Virus record (IMG/VR): IMGVR_UViG_3300032218_003786
Coordinates: 5,717-69,716 of that record
Origin: a virus
Lineage: Duplodnaviria; Caudoviricetes
Strand: one strand, 5' to 3'
DNA length: 64,000 bases
Shown piece after piece: positions 46,001 through 55,612 of this stretch. A program made the position numbers and the translations under genes. The notes below the pieces were generated by a model. It had not been told where the DNA came from. It searched no databases and saw nothing but the letters and a program-made list of their open reading frames with translations. Within the stretch, counting starts at the first letter, position 1. Each line of letters begins with the position of its first letter.

Positions 46001-49000
46001 GGGCATTTGGATTCTATGACCCGTCTCTGCCAACCGTCAATACAAACAACACGGACTTCAGCAGATTTAAGATTTACCGGAAAGAATACAACGCTGGGAC
46101 AAACCCAAATGAGCCCTGGGTAAAGATTGCCGAAACTTCAGCAAACGTTTATATCGATACTAACTTTACTAACTACACAAACCAGTACCAGTACAAAGTG
46201 TCCACGGTTGACAGAACCGGCAATGAAAGCACCGCAACCCAGGAGACAAGCCCATCGTGGCGATCGCCTAACAAGATTACTGGGACGGTTGACATTGAGG
46301 ACGCCACAATTACCAGCGCACAGATTGATTCGCTGACGGCAGACCTCATTACCGCAGGCACACTTAACATCTCGACCGGTATGTCTGTTGTATCCGACGG
46401 AACCGCAACACTACCGCAGTTTGAGGTAGATAAGGATGGCGTAACAATTCGAGACGACGAGGGTAATGTTGTTCTTCAAGTTAACGGTAATACATCAACG
46501 CTCGATGCTGACTTCATTGACGTAAGCAACCTTGCTGCTACGGAGATCACTGTTGGCTCAGGTGAGGGTGTTGTGCGGGTTGGCAATAACGTCAGTCCGG
46601 AGTTCCATGGCATTTGGGCTGGCTCATCAGATCCAACGACTGCCGAATTCACTGTGAATACTTCGGGGGTAATGACTGCAACAAGCGCATCTATCACAGG
46701 TACGGTAACGGCTAATAGCGGAGCAATTGGCGGCTGGGCTATTGACTCCAATAAGATCTACCAGGCCCTTGCTATATCCCCAAACATTTCCGGGATTTAT
46801 ACCGGCTCAAGTGCAAGCAATGGCCTTACATTCTTTGCTGGCGCGGCCACGAGCACTGGGACATCTGCTGCCTTTACAGTGACAAATGCTGGTGCGGTTA
46901 CAGCGACAAACGCAAACATCACCGGAACGGTTTCAACAAACAACATTACGGCAACAGGTGGAATTGTAGGTGGATGGACGCTCTCCTCAACGTCGCTTAC
47001 CTCAGGAACTGGAGCAAGTACTGTTGGCATTGCAACAAGTGGTGGGTACGCCTTTTATGCCGGCGACAGCACTCCGGCTTCTGCGGAATTCCGCGTAACC
47101 CCAGGTGGCGCACTTACTGCCACGGACGCCACAATCACCGGATCGGTAACGGCAACTTCTGGGGCTATTGGCGGATGGTCAATTGGCGCGACAACTATTT
47201 CCTCTAGCAGTGGCAACGTCGTACTAAACAATAACGGAGTCATTACTGCTGGAGCCGCAAGCCCGAATCAAGCACATATGAGCGGGAACGGTTTTTGGGC
47301 TGGTGCCGGCGCTGCAGACTACTCTACGGCCCCATTTAGAGTCTCTACCACGGGCGGAGTCACGGCTAAAAACATTAGTGTTATTGGCGGGACAGTCAGC
47401 GTTGGAGATGCTCCAGTTGCAATCTCCTACCTATCCAGAAACGCCTCTGGTGTCGTTACGATTAAAACCTCTGCTGCGGTTAACGCAACCGTTAATCAAA
47501 GCGTCACAATTGATGTAACCAGTTCTCCTTGGGCAACAAACGCAGATTTTAATGGAACATTTACCATTCTATCAATTACGGCATCTTCTCCTTATACATT
47601 GACCTATCAAGGCGCTACTTCCAGCGCTGTTACAGAAATAGCCGCAACTGGTTTTGTCTATACTGGCGCAAAAATCAGTGGAGAGTCTGCAAGCGGAACA
47701 TGGTTTACGGTTGATAGCGGTTTTGCACTTAAAAATCCTGCTAACGTTTCTCAAAACATTATTACTGCAACGGCATCTGACGTAACAATTAACGCTGATT
47801 TTATCAAGGCCGGAACAGTCACTCTTGGAAACCTTGGAAGCAATGCTATCTCTAGCACAAACTTTTCTGTTAGCAATACCGGAACGATTACCGCAAAAGA
47901 CGGAACCATCGGCGGATGGACACTTGGAACTTCTAGCATTACCAATCTTGGATCAAGCAAATATGTCGGCCTTCTTGATGCCGCCACAGACACTGATGTT
48001 GCAATTTTTGCTGGTGCTACAAACGCTGCCGGATCTGGCGCTGTATTTACGGTAAAGAATGACGGGACCGTCTCCGCCACAAGCGGAACTATTGGCGGAT
48101 GGACTCTTGGCTCATCAAGTCTTACTGCAGGAACTGGCTCCACATCGGTAGGTGTTTCAACTGGGACAACTGCGTTTTATGCAGGAAATGCAACTCCTGG
48201 ATCAGCACCGTTTAGGGTAACTAATGCTGGCGTCCTTACCGCAACTGGCGTAGACATTACGGGAACGATTACTGCCAACAGTGGTTCTTTTACCGGAACA
48301 ATCTCAACTTCAAACATTACTGCTACCGGTGGAACAGTTGGTGGATGGACGCTTGCATCTAGTGGTTCGACAAGGTTCTATGCTGGAACGAGCAGCGCAT
48401 ATACTGGGCTAGTTGCAAGTTCCACATCAACAAGCATTGCAATTTTTGCTGGAGCAGATGATTCATCTGGCTTAAATGCTGATTTCTTTGTCCGCAATGA
48501 CGGAAGTATTTCGGCAACCAGCGGCGCTGTTGGCGGCTGGACACTTTCATCTACTTCGCTTACCGCAGGATCTCTAGGGACAACTGTCGGGATAGATTCT
48601 GGTGGAACAAACCCGGCATTCTATGCAGGAAGCGCAACGCCCGGATCTGCGCCATTTAGGGTTACCAAGGATGGTGTTCTTAATGCAACTGGGGCGACAA
48701 TCAGCGGTGCAATTACCGCAACCTCTGGTTCATTTACTGGAGACATCACCACGAACAATATTTCAGCAACGGCGGGAACTGTTGGCGGATGGACGCTAAC
48801 CTCCAGCGGCTCTACTCGGCTGTACGCAGGAACTGGAACAGCCTTTACTGGCCTTATTGCCAATTCTGCGTCATCTAGCGCTGTTACTATTTTTGCTGGA
48901 GCAACAGATAACGCCGGAACAAGCCCACTGTTTTCTGTGACCAATGCCGGATACCTGACGGCATCGTCTGGTCTTATTGGTGGCTTTACGCTTAACTCAA

Positions 49001-50943
49001 CATCGCTGACCGCAGGATCCTCGACAACAGCAGTAGGGCTTGCCCCAGGAACATATCCGTTCTTTGCGGGAAATAGCACCGCGTCATCCGCACCATTCCG
49101 CGTCAGCAGCGCAGGCGCAGTTACCGCCTCCAACATTACCGCTACAGGCGGGTATATTGGCGGCTGGCTCCTTGGGGCAACGTCGCTTACCGCAGGTTCA
49201 TCCAGCACAACCGTCGGAATAGACTCTGGCGGCACAAACCCAGCATTCTATGCAGGCAGCGCAACGCCCGGATCGGCTCCATTTCGGGTAACGCAAGCGG
49301 GCGTTCTTAATGCGACGGGGGCAACAATAACTGGAGACATCACTACAAACAATATTTCAGCAACCGCAGGAACCATTGGCGGATGGACCCTAACGTCGAG
49401 CGGATCTACACGACTATATTCCGGAACTAGTAGCGCCTACACTGGCCTCATTGCAAGTTCATCATCTGGCGCCGTTACGATTTTTGCCGGAGCATCAGAT
49501 AACGCTGGAACTAGCCCATTATTTTCGGTAACCAACTCCGGATCTCTTAATGCCTCAGACGTGACCCTATCCAACAGTGGCATTTCGTCAGTTGGAGCCT
49601 CAACTGTTGGTGCAATTAATCTAAAACCCGTTGCCGTAAATGGAACAAATGTTGCCGGATCAGTAATTACATTGTGGTCCAACCCAAACGCATCCACTTC
49701 TGCAACGCTTCACTATACGGAATACACCATTTCTGCAATTTCTGGATCAACAAGCATAGGCGCAACTAAAACCGTTACTACAACAACAAATCATGATTTT
49801 GGCGTAGGGCAATATGTATCAATTACCGGGGTTTCATGTACGGCGCCAAACTATTGGGGGAAAATTGATTCGCAAACAGAGGCAGTTAGGGTGGTTACCG
49901 TTCCTAGCGCCACAACATTTACCTTTACTTCTCCGTATGCGCTTGGAACAGCAATATTGTCCTCACCAAAAGTACAAGGCTACAAAACTTTGACAATCGT
50001 CGCTCCTGGTGGGCTATTTGTTGCGGACCAAGTTGGCTCAACGCTAAGTCCAGGGATGATGGGTGTTGGATCTATTGCACTAGGTAAAACATTTGAAAAT
50101 GTTGGTGGAGACACCACTACTCTTGGAGTTGATGGTCTTCCAAAGCCTGCGGATGGAGAAATTGTCTGGGTCACCGGAACAAGCCCAACCTATACTGGCG
50201 GAGCGAATATTTATTCCTCAGATGGCGCCACAAATTTAAATACAAGCGGAGACTTTGTAATAGGCGGAAACCTTACTGTTAACGGATCTTATGGGCTTGT
50301 TGCAAACGACATCCCAACTTTGACTCTTGGTACGGATACCGCTGGCAACTACGTTGCTGGACTTACGGCTGGCACTGGTGTCACCATCAGCGGAACCGCT
50401 GGCGAGGGTTGGAGTCCAACGGTTGCAATTGGACAATCCGTTTCAACCGCTGCTACGCCAACCTTTGCGGGAATCACAACAACGGGGAACAGCAGCATCG
50501 GAAACGGAACGACGGATCAGATCAAGTTCGTCAACTTGCTGCAAACTTCCACGATCACCAACTCCTATTCCGCAATCCGCCTTTACAACTCAGTCGCAAC
50601 CGTACCGTGGCGTGCGTTCGTAGACTCATCATCGGAACGATTTAAGACCAACATCGTCTATGAGGACTCAAGCGATGCAATCCTTGACCTCAGGAGCGTT
50701 TCGTACCACGACAAATTAGAGTTTGAGGAAAAAGGCGATGAGGCTCCGCGCCAGCGCGGATTCCTTGCCGAGGAGGTTGCGGCAAACTCTGACGGTGAAA
50801 CGTTTGTGGTTTTCAACCTGGAGGGGCAGGCAGATGCTATCCAGTACGATAGGCTTGTCGTGCCGCTACATTCGGCAATGCGTAAGTTGCGGGACAGGAT
50901 TAACGAACTTGAGGCTCGTCTGGCGGCACTAGAAAACGCCTAG
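43036..50943 (+). CDS. Tail tip/hub and central fibre protein with Fn3 domains and a C-terminal S74 chaperone, 2635 aa
   Basis: PDAPTNVQV...YKVSTVDRTGNES (Fn3); 11 GG(W/F) repeats; SSERFKTNI...GFLAEEV...YDRLV. Confidence 0.88.
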   Translation: MAVKVLIQFRPGYPQTSSAIPPDTVWVDITDRIDFTSLQWDQQATDKNTSLRFDVFTLLPLSSTRYDQYASYSAGSAPGDPAVDIDHRVDEAIHDTTFFIDITNRTEIKLIDGESVLFGGVVSNVDTERTGASHIIQRVEALDYTALLDEIVIRDYNAPNASDALGELATSTGLTSQVITGGSALIAGPYTFRVIGATEGGDIVKIFTHITQYISPSDVSPADITVTPLRTIELNWEPVPGADEFIIYAKQGIGTANLYRQGSTASTTYTYQLSTTPVTNTATSPENLIQKGSIDVDIISGSADPENTNYLGIFSAIDPDLNPGINNVDYVKPSKVLYDGSPDPDKSYRFSPTLETGLILRSGFGGKTIKQALKTITDKTGAIFWVDANKNLHYANKKAQELVQNPRFDSSSSNWTLGVNHTIYPNGGPFGHGNILLASESSSTNETQSEPIPITSNTVYMARARGWADGSFEDNWDCEIQYYSDEPAETFAGSPSKLYRTVAFDGDDGERWSKTWAIAKSGVSAVSARLIAKRKAGATAQCAWTDFSLIEVTGEFGFSDRPSDVAYALPLKGFETPKAPREASGVANRLLVYGVYKDPTNTNELEAVEYNAGLYLTKAQGGSLAANTYWVRVVANTPDGKVFVRYAMETITDADVAAPTPVRTLSANWASVPSATSYDIYVGSGRMSMRLKQAAHNSTSYTVSSVPGNGAQISGEPDVYYYKVYDFAPGLWESGGKVIEATLNDQLVDSEEKAQTRALSFWEEKGIAMRTWEFDHLEEAPRVGTVIPFIWEADDVAEPLIVKGVKGKFLGDRIYWTTTLGSDPSLIKKGVTQIFSDLKQATLRLNDTIPPQRPQSLSVAAPSGSLIQTPDGVSRATVVADWTPSPEDDFSHYVVQYGYDSNFANTQSINVNQTTNVQSRSTGEKAKVTHSFQAEPGKRLYYRVAAKDRTGNQSDFTDSVIDLPADTTAPDAPTNVQVTASLKSMAITWAFGFYDPSLPTVNTNNTDFSRFKIYRKEYNAGTNPNEPWVKIAETSANVYIDTNFTNYTNQYQYKVSTVDRTGNESTATQETSPSWRSPNKITGTVDIEDATITSAQIDSLTADLITAGTLNISTGMSVVSDGTATLPQFEVDKDGVTIRDDEGNVVLQVNGNTSTLDADFIDVSNLAATEITVGSGEGVVRVGNNVSPEFHGIWAGSSDPTTAEFTVNTSGVMTATSASITGTVTANSGAIGGWAIDSNKIYQALAISPNISGIYTGSSASNGLTFFAGAATSTGTSAAFTVTNAGAVTATNANITGTVSTNNITATGGIVGGWTLSSTSLTSGTGASTVGIATSGGYAFYAGDSTPASAEFRVTPGGALTATDATITGSVTATSGAIGGWSIGATTISSSSGNVVLNNNGVITAGAASPNQAHMSGNGFWAGAGAADYSTAPFRVSTTGGVTAKNISVIGGTVSVGDAPVAISYLSRNASGVVTIKTSAAVNATVNQSVTIDVTSSPWATNADFNGTFTILSITASSPYTLTYQGATSSAVTEIAATGFVYTGAKISGESASGTWFTVDSGFALKNPANVSQNIITATASDVTINADFIKAGTVTLGNLGSNAISSTNFSVSNTGTITAKDGTIGGWTLGTSSITNLGSSKYVGLLDAATDTDVAIFAGATNAAGSGAVFTVKNDGTVSATSGTIGGWTLGSSSLTAGTGSTSVGVSTGTTAFYAGNATPGSAPFRVTNAGVLTATGVDITGTITANSGSFTGTISTSNITATGGTVGGWTLASSGSTRFYAGTSSAYTGLVASSTSTSIAIFAGADDSSGLNADFFVRNDGSISATSGAVGGWTLSSTSLTAGSLGTTVGIDSGGTNPAFYAGSATPGSAPFRVTKDGVLNATGATISGAITATSGSFTGDITTNNISATAGTVGGWTLTSSGSTRLYAGTGTAFTGLIANSASSSAVTIFAGATDNAGTSPLFSVTNAGYLTASSGLIGGFTLNSTSLTAGSSTTAVGLAPGTYPFFAGNSTASSAPFRVSSAGAVTASNITATGGYIGGWLLGATSLTAGSSSTTVGIDSGGTNPAFYAGSATPGSAPFRVTQAGVLNATGATITGDITTNNISATAGTIGGWTLTSSGSTRLYSGTSSAYTGLIASSSSGAVTIFAGASDNAGTSPLFSVTNSGSLNASDVTLSNSGISSVGASTVGAINLKPVAVNGTNVAGSVITLWSNPNASTSATLHYTEYTISAISGSTSIGATKTVTTTTNHDFGVGQYVSITGVSCTAPNYWGKIDSQTEAVRVVTVPSATTFTFTSPYALGTAILSSPKVQGYKTLTIVAPGGLFVADQVGSTLSPGMMGVGSIALGKTFENVGGDTTTLGVDGLPKPADGEIVWVTGTSPTYTGGANIYSSDGATNLNTSGDFVIGGNLTVNGSYGLVANDIPTLTLGTDTAGNYVAGLTAGTGVTISGTAGEGWSPTVAIGQSVSTAATPTFAGITTTGNSSIGNGTTDQIKFVNLLQTSTITNSYSAIRLYNSVATVPWRAFVDSSSERFKTNIVYEDSSDAILDLRSVSYHDKLEFEEKGDEAPRQRGFLAEEVAANSDGETFVVFNLEGQADAIQYDRLVVPLHSAMRKLRDRINELEARLAALENA

Positions 50944-51040
50944 CCTTCAAGTTTGGGCAACAGGGTAGGTCGGTAAAGCGTTGATTTCCACTCCTTTGCG
51001 GGCTATGCTTTGATCGGGCAAAGCCCAGAAAGGCAAAGGA

Positions 51041-52222
51041 ATGAAGTACCGTGTCAAGAGCCAGTTAGACCATATGGAAAAGGGCGGCATCCTAGACGAC
51101 TGCGGTCCATCATCCGTCGCTGCCATGGTTTCCTGGGCTTCTGGGTATGAGAAAGATTTCTCTGCTGGAGATGGAATTGAGTGGAAGAAGAAAGTCACGG
51201 GGCAGAAAGACATTGACGGCAAGTCCGACAATGGATCTTCGCTTGCGCAACTTATTCAAGTAGCAAATGCAATGGGCGCAAAGGCACGCTGGGCAAAGTC
51301 CTGGGACGATGTTGTTGCAAGCGCCAAGGAAGGCGCGGCAATCGGCGTATGGGTACAGCAGCCAATTGGATACCCAGAGGGCGTAGAGATTAGCGAGTGG
51401 CACCGCAAGTGGGCAAAGTGGTGGGGGAAGGGCGGCGGCGGCTATAAGCAGAGCCCAAAGCATATTGATGAGGGCTATGGCCATATGACTTCTGCCGGCT
51501 GGGACCCGGAAGAGGGCTGGCAGTGGGCTTGCCCAACGCGATCCGGCAAGGGCAAGGAGCAGTTTGCTGTCAAAGTCACCGAAGAGCAGTTGCTAAAGAT
51601 TGCCGACTCAAAACGCGTCAGCGGCTCAAACAAAGCACCAGCCTTTAAGCACACAATGATTGTGCATTGGCCGGGCCGAAAGGTTTCGCAGTCTGCTCCG
51701 GTTGCTCCGGTATCCGTACCGGCGCCAGTGGCGCAGCAGTCAGTCGTAGCAAAAAAGCCGGTGGTCGCTGCGGCGCCAGCGCCTAAAAGTGCGGATAAAA
51801 AGATGGCGCTTGGTGACTCCGCCAAGTCAAAGGGCAAGCCGCCAGAGGCTATTGATCCAGCAGTCCAGGCACAAATTGATGCACTTGGAAAAGTTGACTG
51901 GGGCAAGGTTGGCAAGGAAAGCCTTGCTCTTGCCGGAAAGGCCGCTGATGCGGCAGGAAAGGAGAAAACTGCGATGGGTAAGGTAGTTGCATTTGTAAAG
52001 TATGTTCTTGCAAACAGCCAGATTGACGAGATGGCGCTTGATGCGGTACGTACATTTATAACCGTCAGCCTCTCAGTTGCACTTGGTCTTGGTATTCCGA
52101 TTTTGGACATCAGCGGGGGAGACTTCCGCACCGTTCTTTCGGCTGGCCTTGCAAGCGCACTGCAGGTTGTTGTTAAGGCACTTGATCCAAATAACTCTTC
52201 GTACGGCGTACAGAAGAAGTAG
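51041..52222 (+). CDS. C39-like cysteine peptidase (endolysin) fused to a holin-like C-terminus
   Basis: SQL..DDCGPSSVAAM, GHMTSAGWD; hydrophobic C-terminus ending KALDPNNSSYGV. Confidence 0.75.
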   Translation: MKYRVKSQLDHMEKGGILDDCGPSSVAAMVSWASGYEKDFSAGDGIEWKKKVTGQKDIDGKSDNGSSLAQLIQVANAMGAKARWAKSWDDVVASAKEGAAIGVWVQQPIGYPEGVEISEWHRKWAKWWGKGGGGYKQSPKHIDEGYGHMTSAGWDPEEGWQWACPTRSGKGKEQFAVKVTEEQLLKIADSKRVSGSNKAPAFKHTMIVHWPGRKVSQSAPVAPVSVPAPVAQQSVVAKKPVVAAAPAPKSADKKMALGDSAKSKGKPPEAIDPAVQAQIDALGKVDWGKVGKESLALAGKAADAAGKEKTAMGKVVAFVKYVLANSQIDEMALDAVRTFITVSLSVALGLGIPILDISGGDFRTVLSAGLASALQVVVKALDPNNSSYGVQKK

Positions 52223-52234
52223 TATAATAATAGC

Positions 52235-52750
52235 GTGAAAAACGCTGATCGCCCCAACATAGAATTGGTCTGGGTCCCAACGGACTCGATCAAACTACAC
52301 CCGGAAAATCCCCGGGATGGAGATGTTGGGGCGATTATTACTTCAATAGGGCAAAATGGTTGGTATGGCGCACTTGTTGTGCAAAAGTCTTCTGGGCATG
52401 TGCTGGTTGGGAACCATCGGCTGAAGGCAATTAATCAACTTGGCTGGGCGCAAGTCCCAGTTATCTATCTTGATGTCGACGACAGGCGGGCAAGAAACAT
52501 CATGCTTGCGGACAACAAGGTCTCAGACGGAGCCTCCTACCACGAGGATATTCTTGCTGAACTCCTTGCAGCGGCGGCCGCTGACGGAGACTTACTTGCG
52601 ACTGGTTATGATGATGATGACCTTAGTAAACTAATGGCTCCCGAGTTTCCGGAAGATTTAATGGAGGATAAGCCTGAGAAGACATGCCCAAACTGCGGGC
52701 ATGTGCTTACTGCAAAGGCTCAACCTCGTCCTCGTAGAGCAGGCCGATAG
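52235..52750 (+). CDS. ParB N-terminal (ParBc) domain protein
   Basis: HPENPR...SIGQNGW...VGNHRLKA...LADNK; CPNCG tail. Confidence 0.88.
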   Translation: MKNADRPNIELVWVPTDSIKLHPENPRDGDVGAIITSIGQNGWYGALVVQKSSGHVLVGNHRLKAINQLGWAQVPVIYLDVDDRRARNIMLADNKVSDGASYHEDILAELLAAAAADGDLLATGYDDDDLSKLMAPEFPEDLMEDKPEKTCPNCGHVLTAKAQPRPRRAGR

Positions 52751-52979
52751 CGTCTGCGCTTGGCGGGATAAACCCGACCGGTACATCAACCCACCTGATG
52801 CGCATCTCAGAAGACTCCTGGCTCTTATCCATGGTGGAGATAATAAATTGAGCGGCAACTTTTAATGCCTCTTCAGGAGTCCCTGCCATATCTTGCAGTT
52901 GCCCGTCGCAAGAAACGTGCCACTCTGCGTGTGTGCTTTGAGGCTTAAACTTGATAACAACCTCCGTCATGCTCTTCAT
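52707..52979 (-). CDS. Hypothetical protein
   Basis: ORF in the terminase operon. Confidence 0.7.
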   Translation of the reverse strand: MKSMTEVVIKFKPQSTHAEWHVSCDGQLQDMAGTPEEALKVAAQFIISTMDKSQESSEMRIRWVDVPVGFIPPSADAIGLLYEDEVEPLQ

Positions 52980-52982
52980 GAG

Positions 52983-53423
52983 TTAAAAGCCGTCGTCTTC
53001 GCTGTCTAGTTCAGCCTTGGAGTAGTCGCGAAGTGAAAGCGGCGATACAGGACGCAATGGGCATGTTTTGTCCCAACACGTTGGGTTCTTATCATCGTTT
53101 GCGCACGCCCGGCACATCTTTTCTACAGACGCCCGATACACATCGATGGCGCGCATGTAGTCAATATTCTTCTTCTCGCCATTAAGTGCAGTGTTCAGCA
53201 TATCAATGTCGCGTTGCTGTATGACCGTTCTTCCATAATATCGGTCACGAAGAAAATTAAATGATGCCTTAACGCCAATGCTGGTTGCAATTCGGCAGAA
53301 TGCATCTATGCCTAACCCGTATTCTTTTGCGTTTTTCTCCAGCAGTTCTCGGTACTGTGCGTATACTTTGGGGTCTTTTGTCATTGGCTCGTTAGAGTTT
53401 CGTACCAATTGACGACTAGTCAT
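52983..53423 (-). CDS. Hypothetical protein with a Cys cluster
   Basis: CRAC...CWDKTCPL. Confidence 0.7.
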   Translation of the reverse strand: MTSRQLVRNSNEPMTKDPKVYAQYRELLEKNAKEYGLGIDAFCRIATSIGVKASFNFLRDRYYGRTVIQQRDIDMLNTALNGEKKNIDYMRAIDVYRASVEKMCRACANDDKNPTCWDKTCPLRPVSPLSLRDYSKAELDSEDDGF

Positions 53424-53605
53424 TATTCAGCCTTTTCCGAGTTTCCCTTTGCCTTTTTGGCACCTGCTGTTGATTCAATTGCATTGTTAACTGAGTTCTG
53501 CTCTAGGCTAGAAATAATTGCAGTCAGGCGATCAATTTCCTGCCTAAGCGCATCAATTTCCATTGTTTGGGCACCGATCTTTTTAAACAGATCTTCAACA
53601 GTCAT
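53423..53605 (-). CDS. Small coiled-coil protein
   Basis: Translationally coupled to terL. Confidence 0.7.
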   Translation of the reverse strand: MTVEDLFKKIGAQTMEIDALRQEIDRLTAIISSLEQNSVNNAIESTAGAKKAKGNSEKAE

Positions 53606-55026
53606 CCTGCAAACCTCGTCGCTGAAGTGAAGTAAAAGCCGACTCCACCAACATCTGCGGCATAGACCAGCGCGTCGACCATGTCGTCGTGCTCGCTATT
53701 AGGGAATCCTAGCATCTCTGCCTCTAAAGTGCTAATACCAGGCCCGCCTCGAAGGTGAAAAACTTTACCCGCTTCATACCGGGCGGCAAGGGCTCTCGCG
53801 CGGACCACCTTGTCTCGGTCTGGTCTGATTGGTCGTGCCGGTAGCCTTGTTTCCGATAGCATTTCCCTCACAAAGGTGCTCTGGTGCTGGACTGCCTCAA
53901 TGTTCACTGCCTCAAAGTTTCTTGGGCTTTCCATCTCAACATCCTGCTGCCCCTTTAGCCCAACAAACCGTGCCGGCCATAGCATTCTTGGCCCGGTTGA
54001 ACCGTCTACAATCATGCCCTCTTTGTCTACACCAGTGAGCCATTGCCGGTGTCCCTGAACTAAACGTTCGCGGTATGCTCCAACAACGTAAAGGTTGTGA
54101 TCGGAATCCTCAACCACCTCGACTGCGGATGTGTAGTCCGACCTTTCGCTTGCCGACGATGCAAGGTCAACGCCAATGCGCCTTGCCCCAGCAGGAATCT
54201 TGTCAACGTACTGCAAGAAGTCATACCGGAAAATGTTGCCACCCATTTGCGTAACGTCGTTTTGGTACTGGAGCGAGAAGATTGGGCCACCAAGTTCTTC
54301 TTTTTTTTGCAACAGTGCTTTTTCGGTGTACATCTCTGGCCATAGCGGACCGGCATCTTCAAGAGATTTACGCTGATATGTTGGAACGCCTTTTCTCGTC
54401 AACTCTGCATAAAAGTCATCTTCATGCCAACGTGTGCCAATGTACCAACGCTTAGAACCGGGAACAAGCATCGGGTCAACAACTTGCCAGTACGTTTCGC
54501 TAGACTTTTGCCGCTGCAAAGCAGTCGCGTTTTCCTTAATGCCAACCATGTCGTCCGCCAGAAGCACGTCAAGGCGGGCGCCCGGCTTAATGGAACCTAC
54601 ACCGTCTGCAAAACATGTTGCGTCTTTACCTAGGTTTGTTCCCTTAATAGTCCAGACCTCGTCTGTCCACTTTGTGCCGATAACGCCATTGGCGGCCCAG
54701 TCAAATATTTCGGCGAACCGAGGATGCTCAACAAGGGCCCGGACGGCACGAGAACGCGCAAGCGCGTCAGATAGAACGGCAGTAAGGATTCCTACGCGAA
54801 TTTGCCCCTTATGAACACCGATAAGCCTTGCCGCACGATGAAGCAACTGGGTTGTTTTAGCATGGCCACGGGGCATTAGCACAAGCCCTCTGTCGTTGTC
54901 GTTAAGGAAGTTTTCCATCTCCCTGAGGTGCTTTGGGAAGACAAGGTTGCTTACATACTCGGCAAATGCTGCGTCAGACGTTTGAGCCTTCCGCCTTAAC
55001 CAATCCCGGTACTCCTGATTGTCCAT
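53602..55026 (-). CDS. terL: Terminase large subunit
   Basis: MPRGHAKTT Walker A, LLADD Walker B, GTRWHEDD, GVDLA and HDDMVDAL nuclease motifs. Confidence 0.95.
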   Translation of the reverse strand: MDNQEYRDWLRRKAQTSDAAFAEYVSNLVFPKHLREMENFLNDNDRGLVLMPRGHAKTTQLLHRAARLIGVHKGQIRVGILTAVLSDALARSRAVRALVEHPRFAEIFDWAANGVIGTKWTDEVWTIKGTNLGKDATCFADGVGSIKPGARLDVLLADDMVGIKENATALQRQKSSETYWQVVDPMLVPGSKRWYIGTRWHEDDFYAELTRKGVPTYQRKSLEDAGPLWPEMYTEKALLQKKEELGGPIFSLQYQNDVTQMGGNIFRYDFLQYVDKIPAGARRIGVDLASSASERSDYTSAVEVVEDSDHNLYVVGAYRERLVQGHRQWLTGVDKEGMIVDGSTGPRMLWPARFVGLKGQQDVEMESPRNFEAVNIEAVQHQSTFVREMLSETRLPARPIRPDRDKVVRARALAARYEAGKVFHLRGGPGISTLEAEMLGFPNSEHDDMVDALVYAADVGGVGFYFTSATRFAG

Positions 55027-55519
55027 CCTCTTCCCCCTCTCCCTGCTTCTCTATTGTCTCAGCCCACGCACGCAGTCGCGCTGCAATCTCTCCGGATGGC
55101 AAATGATCAATCTCATGCTCAGTCTGCTCCACCTTGATGGCACCGCCGTTTGGACCGCTAATCTCCGCCTTCTCTGGCATGTAGGCGCCGGTAAGTTTGG
55201 CAATGCGGTCAACAACTTCAAGTTGCAACTTGAGCGCAGCAACAGCAGCAGATGTGCCCCTTGCCTTGGCAGCCTCTATGGCAGCCTGTTGGGATATGGA
55301 GTTGGCCTTGGCAATCAACTCAAGCCGAGTCCCACTTACATCAACGCCATTCTCTGCCCATTCTTGGCGAATAACGGTCAAGTGCCGACGAACTGTGTCT
55401 TCGGCAAGATCTACCTGCTTCGCAATCGCGCTGGGGTGCAAGCCGGCAAGGAGTAGGGATCGAATCCTATCTCGCACCGCCTGAGCCTGCCCTTGCGGCA
55501 ATCTACCTGGTCTACCCAT
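54974..55519 (-). CDS. terS: Terminase small subunit
   Basis: MGRP start, HTH, EISGPNGGAI; AAGGAG RBS; upstream of terL. Confidence 0.85.
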   Translation of the reverse strand: MGRPGRLPQGQAQAVRDRIRSLLLAGLHPSAIAKQVDLAEDTVRRHLTVIRQEWAENGVDVSGTRLELIAKANSISQQAAIEAAKARGTSAAVAALKLQLEVVDRIAKLTGAYMPEKAEISGPNGGAIKVEQTEHEIDHLPSGEIAARLRAWAETIEKQGEGEEDGQSGVPGLVKAEGSNV

Positions 55520-55612
55520 GATTCTCCTTAAATGACGTGTCGCCAGGATATTATACACGATGCAGGCAATCACAATGTTGTGCGATAAGTTAATGGGCCT
55601 TAGAATCAGCCT

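Noticed and set aside
52235-52750. Complete ParABS partition system
   Set aside because: No ParA, and the ParB-like protein lacks the HTH/dimerisation region needed to bind parS.
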